Shown piece after piece: positions 48,487-58,742 of a stretch of 64,000 nucleotides of DNA. The notes under the pieces were generated by a model, which was not told where the DNA came from, searched no databases, and saw nothing but the letters and a program-made list of their open reading frames with translations. A program made the translations under genes and the position numbers. The stretch lies in the NCBI GenBank assembly GCA_964609855.1, contig CAZSTB010000003.1, positions 4,305 to 68,304 on the forward strand, written 5' to 3'. Position 1 is the stretch's first letter. Each line of letters begins with the position of its first letter. The stretch is from an uncultured Bdellovibrionales bacterium. GTDB taxonomy: Bacteria; Patescibacteriota; Minisyncoccia; Moranbacterales; GWC2-37-73.

Positions 48487-48837
48487 TTACGATTTTTTTG
48501 TGGTTTTCTTTGGCTCTGGAGCGGGAATCTTTACGGTAGTAGTTTTTGCCGGAATCACCTCTTTAACGACAACTGGTGTCTTTACAGTTATCGAATCTGG
48601 ATTTTCTTTAATACTATCGTTTTGCTGCGAGCGGTTCTTATCAATAATTGCCTGTAATTCCCGGGCTTTAATTTCCAAGGGGCTTTCCGTCGGAGCTTCT
48701 TCTGGAATACTGGCTTGCAGCTTAGCTGCTTCTTCCTTTGCTTTCTGATTCTTGAAATACAAAACACCGCCGACTACCAATGCAGCGTTTACCACTAAAA
48801 CCAAAGCTTGAAACATTATACGTTTAATTTTTTCCAT
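48487..48837 (-). CDS. hypothetical membrane-anchored protein
   Basis: N-terminal TM; low-complexity tail. Confidence 0.35.
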   Translation of the reverse strand: MEKIKRIMFQALVLVVNAALVVGGVLYFKNQKAKEEAAKLQASIPEEAPTESPLEIKARELQAIIDKNRSQQNDSIKENPDSITVKTPVVVKEVIPAKTTTVKIPAPEPKKTTKKS

Positions 48838-48951
48838 TGTATTTGCCGTTTAAATCATGAATTTATTGAAAAAATAGTCCTATTCAATTCATAAAGATTT
48901 ATACGCTTTCTTGATGATTTTTATTCATTATATCGCCCACTGAGATAAAAG

Positions 48952-49653
48952 TTAGTTATTCATTCTAATGCAAACGTTTGATATATATGGCTCCATGAAA
49001 AGCTTTATTTTTTCAAGATCCAAAGCCTGGTTTTTCGTGGTTGCTTTCAAATTATCATCCAAAATTCTCATCTCGCGGTATTCCTGCAAATAATAAGCAT
49101 TTGCCCCCTTTATCCACTTGGCGATTTCCAGAAAATCTTCTTCGCTATGAAGTCCTGGAACGACAGTGGTTCGAAACTCATATGGAATTCCGCTTTCCAT
49201 TATCATTCTAACACTTTTCCTAATCCCCGCCATGTCTGCAACAACACCAACTACCTTGCTGTAGTTTTTTTGACTGCTCTTTATATCCATCGCAATGTAA
49301 TCAACTAGTTTTTCTTTGATGATTTTTTCCAAGACCTTAGGCTGCGTTCCATTGGAGTCAAGCTTCACAGCATATCCCATGCCTTTGATTTTTTTGATAA
49401 ATTCAATGATATCAGGCTGAATCGTCGGCTCTCCGCCTGTAATACAGACACCTTCCAGTTTCCCTTTTCGCTTTTCCAATAGCTCAAAGAATTCTTTTTC
49501 CATTTCATTAAGCTCCGGAAACTGCTCCGGCAAAACCAATTCCGGATTATGACAAAAACTGCAACGAAAACTGCAACCCACAGTAAAAACCGTAGTGGCG
49601 ATTTTACCGGGAAAATCTATTAGGGTTAACTTTTGAATACCACCGATGCGCAT
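48952..49653 (-). CDS. nrdG: anaerobic ribonucleoside-triphosphate reductase activating protein (radical SAM)
   Basis: CSFRCSFCHNPE CxxxCxxC cluster motif and GGEPT. Confidence 0.8.
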   Translation of the reverse strand: MRIGGIQKLTLIDFPGKIATTVFTVGCSFRCSFCHNPELVLPEQFPELNEMEKEFFELLEKRKGKLEGVCITGGEPTIQPDIIEFIKKIKGMGYAVKLDSNGTQPKVLEKIIKEKLVDYIAMDIKSSQKNYSKVVGVVADMAGIRKSVRMIMESGIPYEFRTTVVPGLHSEEDFLEIAKWIKGANAYYLQEYREMRILDDNLKATTKNQALDLEKIKLFMEPYISNVCIRMNN

Positions 49654-49989
49654 ACGCGTAATTTTTAATTTTGAATTTTTAATTTTAAATGAATTTCCAA
49701 TGACAGAATTTTCAAAACCCGTTTACTATGTCATTCTGAATTTATTTCAGAATCCACCTTCTTCATTTCAGCAAATTTTCTCCCAGCAAAATATCCCTAA
49801 GTAAGTCCAGAATGACAATGAGTTATTTTTTAGCTCAAATAAAGTAATTATCAATGTAACACCTTTTTACGCAATTCTTCTCCGACAGGGAGAGAAAAAT
49901 GAATAAATCTTAAGATTACGTACCCAAAACTCTTGAAATAAATTTTACATGTAATGATTTTGTTTCCACATTTCTTTTTCCGCAAAAGA

Positions 49990-50290
49990 AACCTGGAGGA
50001 AAGAAAACTCTCGCACGGAGTTCGCACTGGCAAAATTGCTACGCTCGCTCGCTAAATTTCCTCGCGCAAAAAAGTCGCAGAAGGAATTTTGCTGAGAAAA
50101 TTTATAACACTCCCTCGCTGCAATTTTGAAACGCGCTCCTAGTGCGAATTTAAATACGGAAATACAAAATGCAAAACGTTATCATATTGGAAACTTGCCT
50201 CTCCGCCCATTGCGTTAGTGCGTTTCAAAATTCACGATTGCGAGCGTTAAAAAATTACTTTTGGAGCGTAGCGGAATAGTAATTTTAGTG
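49990..50290. ncRNA. candidate structured RNA / regulatory region within the 960-bp nrdG to nrdD-mini-gene spacer
   Basis: multiple 7-9 bp long-range complementary pairs (50022-50029/50141-50148; 50039-50047/50264-50272; 50127-50133/50220-50226); GC-richer; no convincing ORF. Confidence 0.3.
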
Positions 50291-50615
50291 AGCAAGAGTA
50301 AGAATTTTGTCAGCACAAGCTAGGGCGGGACTTTCTTTTGTTACTTTTCCTTTCTAGAAAGAAAAGTAAATTTAAATATACGTCAACAATAAGAGTACAA
50401 ACCAAATTTAATTCAGTAAATAAATCAGTGAATAAAATCCTGGATTCCGGGTCAAGCCCGGAATGACAATTCTGTAAAAAACTTTCTATCATTCCCAAGC
50501 TACTTTTAAAATCCTACACTCAGAGATCCTGAAACAAGTTCAGGATGACAGCTAGAATTGAGGGAATTCGAGGCAATCCATGAAAGATTGCCTCGATATA
50601 TTCCCAGATCTTTTT

Positions 50616-50879
50616 CTAAGCGCAAACGCAGCCTGATTCCACTACATATTCATTGCGGTCTGCAAATTCCGCCTGCTTACCTTTGTTCCATTGAGTCACG
50701 GGACGAATGTAGCCGACAACTCTTGAATAAACCTCAGTAGGTTGGAAATTTCTCAGCACGCTGTCAGCTTGGTGACAAGCTTTGCATTTGTTGTAAATCT
50801 CAGCTCCTACCTTGTACGGCATATATTCCTCATTGCTCTCGATTGTTTTCCCACAATCATGACATGTGTATTTTTCCAT
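50616..50879 (-). CDS. stand-alone NrdD C-terminal-like domain: Zn-ribbon plus glycyl-radical motif (RVVGYIRPV), 87 aa
   Basis: 27 of 30 residues identical to the NrdD C-terminus (EVYSRVVGYIRPV.QWNKGKQAEF.DR); about 80% DNA identity between 50651-50738 and 51024-51110; intact CxxC...CxxC and clean ATG start. Confidence 0.6.
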   Translation of the reverse strand: MEKYTCHDCGKTIESNEEYMPYKVGAEIYNKCKACHQADSVLRNFQPTEVYSRVVGYIRPVTQWNKGKQAEFADRNEYVVESGCVCA

Positions 50880-50969
50880 ATGTTTTTATTTTTAATGTTA
50901 AATTATTTTCAAACTCTTCAAGCAGAAACGTCTCCCTGCCTAAAAATTTAGTTTGTCTTTCGCGACTGA

Positions 50970-53231
50970 CTATTTTTTCTTCTTATCTACCGTTTCCACT
51001 TCGCATTTTCCGTTTTGAAATTCCTTGCGGTCTCCAAACTCAGCCTGCTTACCTTTATTCCACTGCTCCACTGGACGAATATAGCCAACCACGCGAGAAT
51101 AAACTTCAGTCTTTTGCTCTACCACACATTTTGGACAAATGTGCTGCTCACCTGGAATATAACCATGAACCGGACAAATGCTGAATGTTGGAGAAAGTGT
51201 GAAATACGGAAGTGCATAATTCTCAGCGATTTTTCTTACCAGATTCTTCACCATTTGAATGTCCCAAATTCTTTCCCCTAAGAATCCATGAAGAACAGTT
51301 CCTCCGGTATATTTTGTCTGAAGATTATCCTGCAAATCCAGAGCTTCAAAAATATCCTCCGTGAAATGAACTGGGAGTTGCGAAGAGTTTGTGTAATAAG
51401 GTTCTCCGCCATTTTCTTTGACTGCTTTGTCATTTGCGAAAATGATATCCGGATATTTAACTTTATCAAGTCTTGCTAAGCGATAAGCGGTTCCTTCTGC
51501 AGGAGTTGCCTCCAAGTTGTAAAGATTACCTGTTTCTTCTTGGTAACCTGTAATGCGCTCTCGCATATGCACCAAGATTTCTTCAGCCAAGGCTTGTCCC
51601 TCCGGACTCGTAACTTCCTTACCGATAAGATTCAATAATCCCTCATTCATTCCGACCAAACCGATTGTTGAAAAGTGATTTGCCCAATATTGTCCCCTGC
51701 GCATCTTAATCGCATCTAGATAATATTTTGTATATGGATATAATCCTTGCTCAGTAAGACCCTCAACAAGTTTTCGCTTAGTCTCCAAGCTTTCCTTTGC
51801 AAGATCAGTAAGTGCATCCAACTCTTTGAAGAATTCTTTCTTATTTTTTGCTCTGTATCCAAGTCTTGGAAGATTGATAGTTACAACTCCAACTGAACCA
51901 GTCAGTGGATTTGCTCCAAAAAGTCCTCCTCCGCGCTTATGAAGTTCGCGATTATCCAATCTTAGGCGGCAGCACATGGAACGAGCATCATCAGGATCCA
52001 TATCTGAATTAACGAAGTTTGCGAAATATGGAATACCATATTTAGCGGTCATTTCCCAGATAGGATCGAAGCGGTCATCCTCCCAATTAAAATTCTTGTC
52101 GATGTTATAGGTTGGAATCGGGAAAGTGAAAATTCTTCCGCTTGCATCTCCTTCAGTCATAACTTCGGCAAATGCACGGTTGATCATATTCATTTCTTCC
52201 TGAAATTCTCCATAAGTTTCCAATTGCGGAGCACCACCGATGATCACTGCTTCTTTTGCTAAATTCTTCGGAGCAGTAATATCCATCGTAATATTGGAAA
52301 ACGGAGTTTGAAATCCTACACGCGTAGAAACATTCATGTTAAATACGAAAGACTGAATTTCCTGCTTTACTTGTTGGAATGAAAGCTTATCGTAACGAAC
52401 GAATGGGGCAAGCAAAGTGTCAAAGTTTGAAAATGCTTGAGCGCCGGCAACTTCTCCCTGTAAAGTGTAAATGAAATTCACCATTTGTCCGAGAATACTT
52501 CCGAGATGCTTAGCTGGTCTGCAGGCTACCTTTCCTGGAACCCCAGTGAAACCTCTGCGAAGTAAGTCTTGCAAATCCCAACCACAGCAATAAGCAGCAA
52601 TAAGTTGCAAATCATGAATATGGAAGTCTCCACCTTCATGCGCAGCTCTGATTTCTTTAGTGTAAACCCGGTTCATCCAGTACTTACTGCTAACTATGGA
52701 AGCGATGTAATTATTAAGTCCTTGCAAGGAATATGCCATATTAGCATTCTCCTTAACTTTCCAATCTATCTCTTGAATATATTTATCTACAAGACTCACG
52801 GCCTCATCCAGGGATTGCTCAGTTTCTCTGATTTTGCGATGTTGTTCGCGGTAAAGAATATATGCCTTGGCTGTTTCCTCGAAATCTAAAATCATCAGCA
52901 CGCGCTCAACCAAATCTTGAAGTTGTTCGATTGTTGGGATATCTCCTTGCTTGTAATTTTTGTTCAAGATTTGAACAACCTTGTCGGAAACTTTAGCAGC
53001 TTCAACTTTTCCACCCTCTCCTGTAATCGCCAAAGCTTTACTCACTGCAATAGTAATTTTTTTAGGATCAAAGGGAACTACGCGTCCTGATCGTTTTACA
53101 AGTTTTTTCACCATGTTCTTAGTCTTTGCAGGTTTTGCTTTTACCAGAGAAACTTGAGACGCTATCTTTTTCACCGCCACAATCTTTTTCTCACCCTTTG
53201 TTGAATTTTTCTTTGTTTTTGCCATATCCAT
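50970..53231 (-). CDS. nrdD: anaerobic ribonucleoside-triphosphate reductase (class III)
   Basis: N-terminal ATP-cone, C-terminal Zn site CPVHGY...CPKC, glycyl radical motif RVVGYIRPV; 753 aa. Confidence 0.9.
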   Translation of the reverse strand: MDMAKTKKNSTKGEKKIVAVKKIASQVSLVKAKPAKTKNMVKKLVKRSGRVVPFDPKKITIAVSKALAITGEGGKVEAAKVSDKVVQILNKNYKQGDIPTIEQLQDLVERVLMILDFEETAKAYILYREQHRKIRETEQSLDEAVSLVDKYIQEIDWKVKENANMAYSLQGLNNYIASIVSSKYWMNRVYTKEIRAAHEGGDFHIHDLQLIAAYCCGWDLQDLLRRGFTGVPGKVACRPAKHLGSILGQMVNFIYTLQGEVAGAQAFSNFDTLLAPFVRYDKLSFQQVKQEIQSFVFNMNVSTRVGFQTPFSNITMDITAPKNLAKEAVIIGGAPQLETYGEFQEEMNMINRAFAEVMTEGDASGRIFTFPIPTYNIDKNFNWEDDRFDPIWEMTAKYGIPYFANFVNSDMDPDDARSMCCRLRLDNRELHKRGGGLFGANPLTGSVGVVTINLPRLGYRAKNKKEFFKELDALTDLAKESLETKRKLVEGLTEQGLYPYTKYYLDAIKMRRGQYWANHFSTIGLVGMNEGLLNLIGKEVTSPEGQALAEEILVHMRERITGYQEETGNLYNLEATPAEGTAYRLARLDKVKYPDIIFANDKAVKENGGEPYYTNSSQLPVHFTEDIFEALDLQDNLQTKYTGGTVLHGFLGERIWDIQMVKNLVRKIAENYALPYFTLSPTFSICPVHGYIPGEQHICPKCVVEQKTEVYSRVVGYIRPVEQWNKGKQAEFGDRKEFQNGKCEVETVDKKKK

Positions 53232-53301
53232 TTTGATTAATCCCCTTTTTTATTATCTTAATTATTTATCAACAATACAGAAATTAAAGTGTAAACCTTT
53301 T

Positions 53302-53754
53302 TCAACTAGATTCCATTTTTTCCATCTCTCTTCTGAAACTATCAGCGCTTTTAAATGATTTATACACGCTCGCAAATCTCAGATATGCAACATCGTCCAG
53401 TTCCTTAAGTTTTTCCAAAATAAATTTGCCTATTTCCTTACTCGTAATCTCACTAGATTCCCTGGCTTGAATATTATATTCGATATCCCCGATAGCCTTA
53501 CTGATCTTATCCTCACTGACTGGACGTTTCTCCAGGGCTTTATGCAAACCGATTTCTATTTTTCTACGGTCATATTCCTGCCTGCTGCCATCGCGCTTAA
53601 TAACAGTAAGTCGCATAATTTCCATTTCTTCGTAGGTAGAGAACCTTGCCTGACATTTTTCACATTCTCTGCGTCTACGAATTGCTTTTCCATCATTAGT
53701 ATCTCGCGAATCAACAACTCTAGATTCACCGTTTCCACAAAAGGGACACACCAT
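53302..53754 (-). CDS. nrdR: transcriptional repressor NrdR
   Basis: MVCPFCG...CEKC zinc ribbon plus ATP-cone. Confidence 0.85.
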   Translation of the reverse strand: MVCPFCGNGESRVVDSRDTNDGKAIRRRRECEKCQARFSTYEEMEIMRLTVIKRDGSRQEYDRRKIEIGLHKALEKRPVSEDKISKAIGDIEYNIQARESSEITSKEIGKFILEKLKELDDVAYLRFASVYKSFKSADSFRREMEKMESS

Positions 53755-53824
53755 ATTTTTGTTTTAAATTATTATATTGCTACATGGCTACATTGTTATA
53801 TTGGTAACATTGCGCTTGTTTTTA

Positions 53825-53855
53825 ACAATTTAACAATGTGACAATTTAGCAATGT
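53825..53855. promoter_or_regulatory. tandem direct repeats ACAATTTA(A/G)CAATGT upstream of nrdR (third partial copy at 53867-53878)
   Basis: acaatttaacaatgt + gacaatttagcaatgt; candidate operator (NrdR autoregulation?). Confidence 0.4.
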
Positions 53856-54116
53856 ATTCCAAGCTTGACAATTTAAGGTTTTTGATACCTATTATTGTTG
53901 CTTTTTTATCTTAAACCACAACATATTGTGTACCGTTAGTCCATTATACCACAAGTCAAATATCTGCCAAGCCAGCTATTCCAAGCCATTTTTTGGAGTT
54001 ATGCACAGATAAATAAAACATTTAACATACAAACATCTAACCATCTAAACATTTAACATACATGATAATAACAAATGTATCATTGAATCATATGGGACAT
54101 TAAAATATCAATAAAC

Positions 54117-54152
54117 AACAAAAAAACAGGATCAGTCTCGCATCCTGTTTTT
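54117..54152. terminator. bidirectional intrinsic terminator downstream of ftsZ (AACAGGAT / ATCCTGTT)
   Basis: 8-bp stem 54125-54132 / 54142-54149; A-run before and T-run after. Confidence 0.7.
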
Positions 54153-54194
54153 AACATGTTTCCATGTTTACATGATTGTATGTTTAAATGAAGA

Positions 54195-55424
54195 TTACTT
54201 CTCCATCTTTCTTCTAATGAAGGCCGGTATTTCCAATTCATCCTCCTCTTCATGTTTCATTTCTACCAAGGGGCTCATCATCTGACGTGGTTGAATCTTA
54301 TCTTCAATGATCATCTTGGGCTCCAAAATCTTTTTGCTTGGAAAAGTTATGGATTCAACAAATTCCTCCTCTTTCTTCTCCTCCTTTTCGTTTTGAGCAA
54401 TAGCCTGATCGATTTGAGTTGTACGATTTGCGGGAACTCGATTAATCAAAGGATTTTCTTGATTACGGTCACTATCGAATCCTGTTGCGACCACTGTTAC
54501 ATGGATTTCGCCTTTCTTAACCTGATCATCAACAACAGCTCCGAAAATTACCTTTGCATTAGGATCAATACTTTCCGTAATAATATTTGCAGCTTCATTG
54601 ATTTCCAACATACCCAAATCACTCGAACCGGAAATATTGAAAAGTACGCCCTTTGCCCCATCAATTGAAAGTTCAAGTAGTGGACTATTGATTGCAGCTC
54701 TGGCCGCTTCAGATGCCCTATTCTCACCACTGGCAATACCAATGCCCATCAAGGCGCTTCCGGAGTCCTGCATGATTGCTCTTACGTCTGCAAAGTCGAC
54801 GTTAACAATACCAGGCTTCGTAATAAGGTCAGAAATTCCCTGCACACCTTGCCTGAGAACATCATCTACAATCCTAAAGGCATTGATTAGCGTAGTTTTA
54901 CGATCGATAATTGCAAGCAATTTGTCATTAGGAATCGTAATAAGACTATCTACACGTTCGCTGAGATTTTCAAGCGCCGCCTCACTGATCATTCTGCGCT
55001 GAGCGCCTTCAAAAGAAAAGGGTTTTGTAATGACCGCAATCGTAAGTGCTCCAAGTTCCTTAGCTGCTTCAGCGACAACCGGAGCCGCACCACTTCCTGT
55101 TCCTCCTCCCATACCCGCACAAACAAAAACCATATCTGCTCCCTTAAGCACATCTTGAATTTCATCGCGATTTTCTTCGGCAGCTTGGCGACCAACTTCA
55201 GGATTCATTCCAGCACCAAGACCCTTGGAAAGATTTTTTCCAATATGAACTTTTTCACCAGCTTTTGAATGATGCAAAGCCTGAGAATCTGTATTTATCG
55301 CAACAAATTCCACACCTTTTATTTTCGCATCAATCATCCGTGTGATAGCATTATTTCCACCACCACCAACACCCACAACTTTAATTCGAGCAAACGTTTC
55401 AATATCCGGTTTAATTTCTGCCAT
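54195..55424 (-). CDS. ftsZ: cell division protein FtsZ
   Basis: GGGTGSG tubulin signature. Confidence 0.95.
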   Translation of the reverse strand: MAEIKPDIETFARIKVVGVGGGGNNAITRMIDAKIKGVEFVAINTDSQALHHSKAGEKVHIGKNLSKGLGAGMNPEVGRQAAEENRDEIQDVLKGADMVFVCAGMGGGTGSGAAPVVAEAAKELGALTIAVITKPFSFEGAQRRMISEAALENLSERVDSLITIPNDKLLAIIDRKTTLINAFRIVDDVLRQGVQGISDLITKPGIVNVDFADVRAIMQDSGSALMGIGIASGENRASEAARAAINSPLLELSIDGAKGVLFNISGSSDLGMLEINEAANIITESIDPNAKVIFGAVVDDQVKKGEIHVTVVATGFDSDRNQENPLINRVPANRTTQIDQAIAQNEKEEKKEEEFVESITFPSKKILEPKMIIEDKIQPRQMMSPLVEMKHEEEDELEIPAFIRRKMEK

Positions 55425-55542
55425 ACTTTTTAGTCAAATATATAAAAAGAATTAATTCCTATTCTTTTTAGTAGCGATTAATACTACCTAGTACCTCAAT
55501 CTAACACACTCAATAAGCCTATGTCAAGAATATTTCCCGCAT

Positions 55543-56811
55543 TTAAGGCAAGAATTTTTTCATCCAACCCCTGACTTTCTCCGTGGTTTCCGTAATTCCT
55601 TTCGAAAAGAGCTCTGATGTAAGACCATTATTAAATCCTTCATTAACATGGCTGTTATTCTGCTGCTGCCCCCAAATAATCAAACCAGCTACTGTGGCAA
55701 AGGACGGATCGTCAACTTTGTCGAGAATTCCACTAAAACCCGCTGGGAAACCTATCTGTATCGGCAAACCGAGCGCGTCCTTGGCCAATTCTGAAATATG
55801 AGTCATCTTTGCACCCCCGCCAACCAATACAGCTCCAGAAGGCAATAATCCCGCCTTTCCGATTAGTTTCAATTCTTTCTGAACTAAGGAAAATATTTCC
55901 TCCAGCCTTGCTTCAATTATTTCAGCAACATGATGACGAGAAATAATCCCGCTTTCCTGTGAATCAATCTGAGAAAGATCTATTCCCTCTTTCTTGCTGA
56001 TATCGTGCGAAATAGCACTACCATATTCCAACTTGATTTTTTCGGCCGTATCAATAGAAGTTCTTAATCCAATAGCAATGTCATTTGTAATGTGTCCTGC
56101 GCCAACTGGCAAAATAGCTGTATGAATAAGGTCCCCTTCTTCATAAACCGCCAACGATGTCGTTCCACCTCCAATATTTATAAGCACCACTCCAAGCTCC
56201 TTTTGTTTCTTGCTTAGCACAGCCTTTGCAGCTGCCAAGGGTTCAAGCACAAGGTCATCAATCTCAATGTTAGCCTGATATACGCATTTGCTGATGTTTT
56301 TAACGTGAGATGAGCTACTCTCAATAACTAAGGCATCAACCTCCAAACGAACACCTTTCATGCCTAGTGGGTCCTTAATATTATCCTGATCATCTAGACG
56401 ATATTTTCTCGCAATTACATGCACAATTTCCTTATTCATTGGAAGTGATACAAGTTGAGCCTCTGAAATAACTCTGTTTATATCATCTTCAGCGACTTCA
56501 CCGTCAGCTCTTCCGATTGCAATAACTCCCTTTGAGCTTTGAAATCCTACATCAGCACCTCCGATATTAATCAGAACCCTCTTAATAGGGACGCCCGCCA
56601 TTCTTTCGGCCTGCTCCACCGCTTCATTAATAACAGAGGCAACATCCTCAACATCAGTAATAACACCTCTTCTAATTCCAAAGGACGGCACAACACTAAC
56701 GCCGACTATTCGAAGCTGCTGCTCTGCACCCATTTGTTGAGCAACTATTGTACGCACGTTGGATGAACCAATATCCACCCCAACAATTATTGCATTATTA
56801 TCCCTAGCCAT
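55543..56811 (-). CDS. ftsA: cell division protein FtsA
   Basis: actin-like ATPase motifs VGVDIGSSNVR ... GGGTT; upstream of ftsZ. Confidence 0.9.
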   Translation of the reverse strand: MARDNNAIIVGVDIGSSNVRTIVAQQMGAEQQLRIVGVSVVPSFGIRRGVITDVEDVASVINEAVEQAERMAGVPIKRVLINIGGADVGFQSSKGVIAIGRADGEVAEDDINRVISEAQLVSLPMNKEIVHVIARKYRLDDQDNIKDPLGMKGVRLEVDALVIESSSSHVKNISKCVYQANIEIDDLVLEPLAAAKAVLSKKQKELGVVLINIGGGTTSLAVYEEGDLIHTAILPVGAGHITNDIAIGLRTSIDTAEKIKLEYGSAISHDISKKEGIDLSQIDSQESGIISRHHVAEIIEARLEEIFSLVQKELKLIGKAGLLPSGAVLVGGGAKMTHISELAKDALGLPIQIGFPAGFSGILDKVDDPSFATVAGLIIWGQQQNNSHVNEGFNNGLTSELFSKGITETTEKVRGWMKKFLP

Positions 56812-56976
56812 ATTTAATAGTGAAATTTGAAAAGTCTCTACCCAAACAAATTCCGATTATCTAACTTTTTTTATTTTAATTCCAAAATAAACTCAAACCA
56901 GAAAATTCATTTCTAGTATATGAATCATTATATATGATTTTCAAAACACACGCAAAATATAAAACAGAAATCCGAG

Positions 56977-57357
56977 CTACTTCAACATCGAAATCATTTG
57001 CGCGACATATGGGTAAAAAATGATAATACCAACAACTATGGAAATCAATGCTGAAATCAAAACTACAGCAGCCATGAGATCCTTGATCAATCTTGCATAA
57101 GGATGAATCCTAGGCTTCAAAATATCAACCACACGCTCAAGGACCGTGTTTGTAAGCTCAGAAATAAGCACCCACATTATCATCAAAAGCAGCACGATCG
57201 CCTCCCAACCCTTTAAATCAAAAATGAAAATTAAGAGAATTACGAAAATAGCAATCACCAATTCGATGCGAAAGTTTTTTTCATGAGCAATGGCATAATT
57301 AATCCCATCAAAAGCGTGACCGAGACTCTTTCTGAAGCGTCTAATTTCATCTCCCAT
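56977..57357 (-). CDS. dgkA: diacylglycerol/undecaprenol kinase (DgkA family)
   Basis: 3-TM small protein with the ELxNTAxE motif (ELTNTVLERVVD). Confidence 0.65.
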   Translation of the reverse strand: MGDEIRRFRKSLGHAFDGINYAIAHEKNFRIELVIAIFVILLIFIFDLKGWEAIVLLLMIMWVLISELTNTVLERVVDILKPRIHPYARLIKDLMAAVVLISALISIVVGIIIFYPYVAQMISMLK

Positions 57358-57430
57358 AATTAATCAAAAAAAATATTATACTTCAAGTATAATACAAAAA
57401 TCACAATAGTTGAAATTTTATAAGCAATAG

Positions 57431-57910
57431 CTAATTGACAAGTGTATCCGCGACAGCTCGCTGCATAGTGAACATCTTTTTTCCATGCCCAAGTCCCAGC
57501 AAATGCAGGATCCCATGTGAGGTAATATAAGTAAGCGCATATTCAAAAGTTTCGCCATCATCCTTAGCGTTACGACCGATATAATCCAAGCACAAAATCA
57601 ATTCTCCAATAAATATCTGCTCGCTATTTTTCTCAGCAAAGTCCTGAAGTTGCTGAGTAGTTTCCCATTCAGAAAATGAAAGCACATCAGTCGGCTTATG
57701 CTTTTTACGATAGTCGCCGTTTAATGTTTGAATTTCTTGCTCACTTACCAGGGCGACGGAAAGCTCAATTGTTTTACCATCAAGAAATTTCCAATTCAAA
57801 GATTCCAAGGTTTGCTTAAAAGCAGCCAAAAATATTTTCTTGGAAACTTTTTGCTTAGTGGTATTGTTGACTTCCAATTTAAATTTCATCAGTTTATGCC
57901 CTTGCTTCAA
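57431..57910 (-). CDS. ybeY: rRNA maturation endoribonuclease YbeY
   Basis: HGILHLLGLGH zinc-binding motif. Confidence 0.8.
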   Translation of the reverse strand: MKQGHKLMKFKLEVNNTTKQKVSKKIFLAAFKQTLESLNWKFLDGKTIELSVALVSEQEIQTLNGDYRKKHKPTDVLSFSEWETTQQLQDFAEKNSEQIFIGELILCLDYIGRNAKDDGETFEYALTYITSHGILHLLGLGHGKKMFTMQRAVADTLVN

Positions 57911-58355
57911 GTATTTTTTTGGCCAACTCGCGAACTACTGTTCCGTCAGCCTTGCCTTTCATTTTGGCCATCGCCTGCCCCATAACTTTTCCAAGATCAC
58001 CCACACTTGTTGCGCCTGAAGATGCAATCACTTCCTCAACGATTGCCTCCATTTCTTGCTCCGAAAGTTGCGCTGGAAGATACGGCATCAAGATTTCAAG
58101 CTCTTCCTTTTCAAGCTCAGCCAAATCTTCTCTCCCGCCATCGATAAATTGTCTAATGCTGTCTTGACGCTGCTTTACAGCTCGCCCAATCACTTCAAGC
58201 ACTTCCTCATCAGAAAGTCCTGTTTCGCGTTTTTGTTTTTCAATTTCCATGTTCTTGACGGCACTATCCAAAAGCCGAAGCGTATCACGGCGCTTTGCCT
58301 GCCCTGATTTCATTGCTTCTTTTAAATCTGCTAGAATTTTTTCTTTAATGGTCAT
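57894..58355 (-). CDS. yqeY: GatB/YqeY domain protein
   Basis: YqeY-like N- and C-terminal helical domains; conserved neighbourhood with rpsU and ybeY. Confidence 0.65.
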   Translation of the reverse strand: MTIKEKILADLKEAMKSGQAKRRDTLRLLDSAVKNMEIEKQKRETGLSDEEVLEVIGRAVKQRQDSIRQFIDGGREDLAELEKEELEILMPYLPAQLSEQEMEAIVEEVIASSGATSVGDLGKVMGQAMAKMKGKADGTVVRELAKKILEARA

Positions 58356-58487
58356 ATATTTTTAATTGAAAATTAATTATGTTCGCAACCCGAACAGCAA
58401 ATCTTGCAATCCGGAAACATTCACAATTCAGAAGCTTATGAGCGAAATGCCCCGAAGAATCGGGGCATTTCAAACAAAAGGCTGTGA

Positions 58488-58742
58488 CTATTTTTCCATT
58501 TTACGCTTGATGTTTTTCAAAGCTTCATCATCGAATTTTCCAAGTTTTTTCAACTTATCAATTTCTTTGCGAATTTTAACTTTATATAGAGCTTCGTCGC
58601 GTTTTTCAGTCTTGCTTTTCTCATCGTTTCTGAATCTTGTTCTGCGAGCTCTCACTAAAACACCACTTTGCTGAATTTTACGAGAAAATCTTCGCATTAA
58701 GCTTTCAGTAGTTTCTTTGTCTTTTTTCTTAACCTCAATCAT
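58488..58742 (-). CDS. rpsU: 30S ribosomal protein S21
   Basis: MIEVKK ... SLMRRFSRKIQQSGVLVRARR; basic, 84 aa. Confidence 0.7.
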   Translation of the reverse strand: MIEVKKKDKETTESLMRRFSRKIQQSGVLVRARRTRFRNDEKSKTEKRDEALYKVKIRKEIDKLKKLGKFDDEALKNIKRKMEK

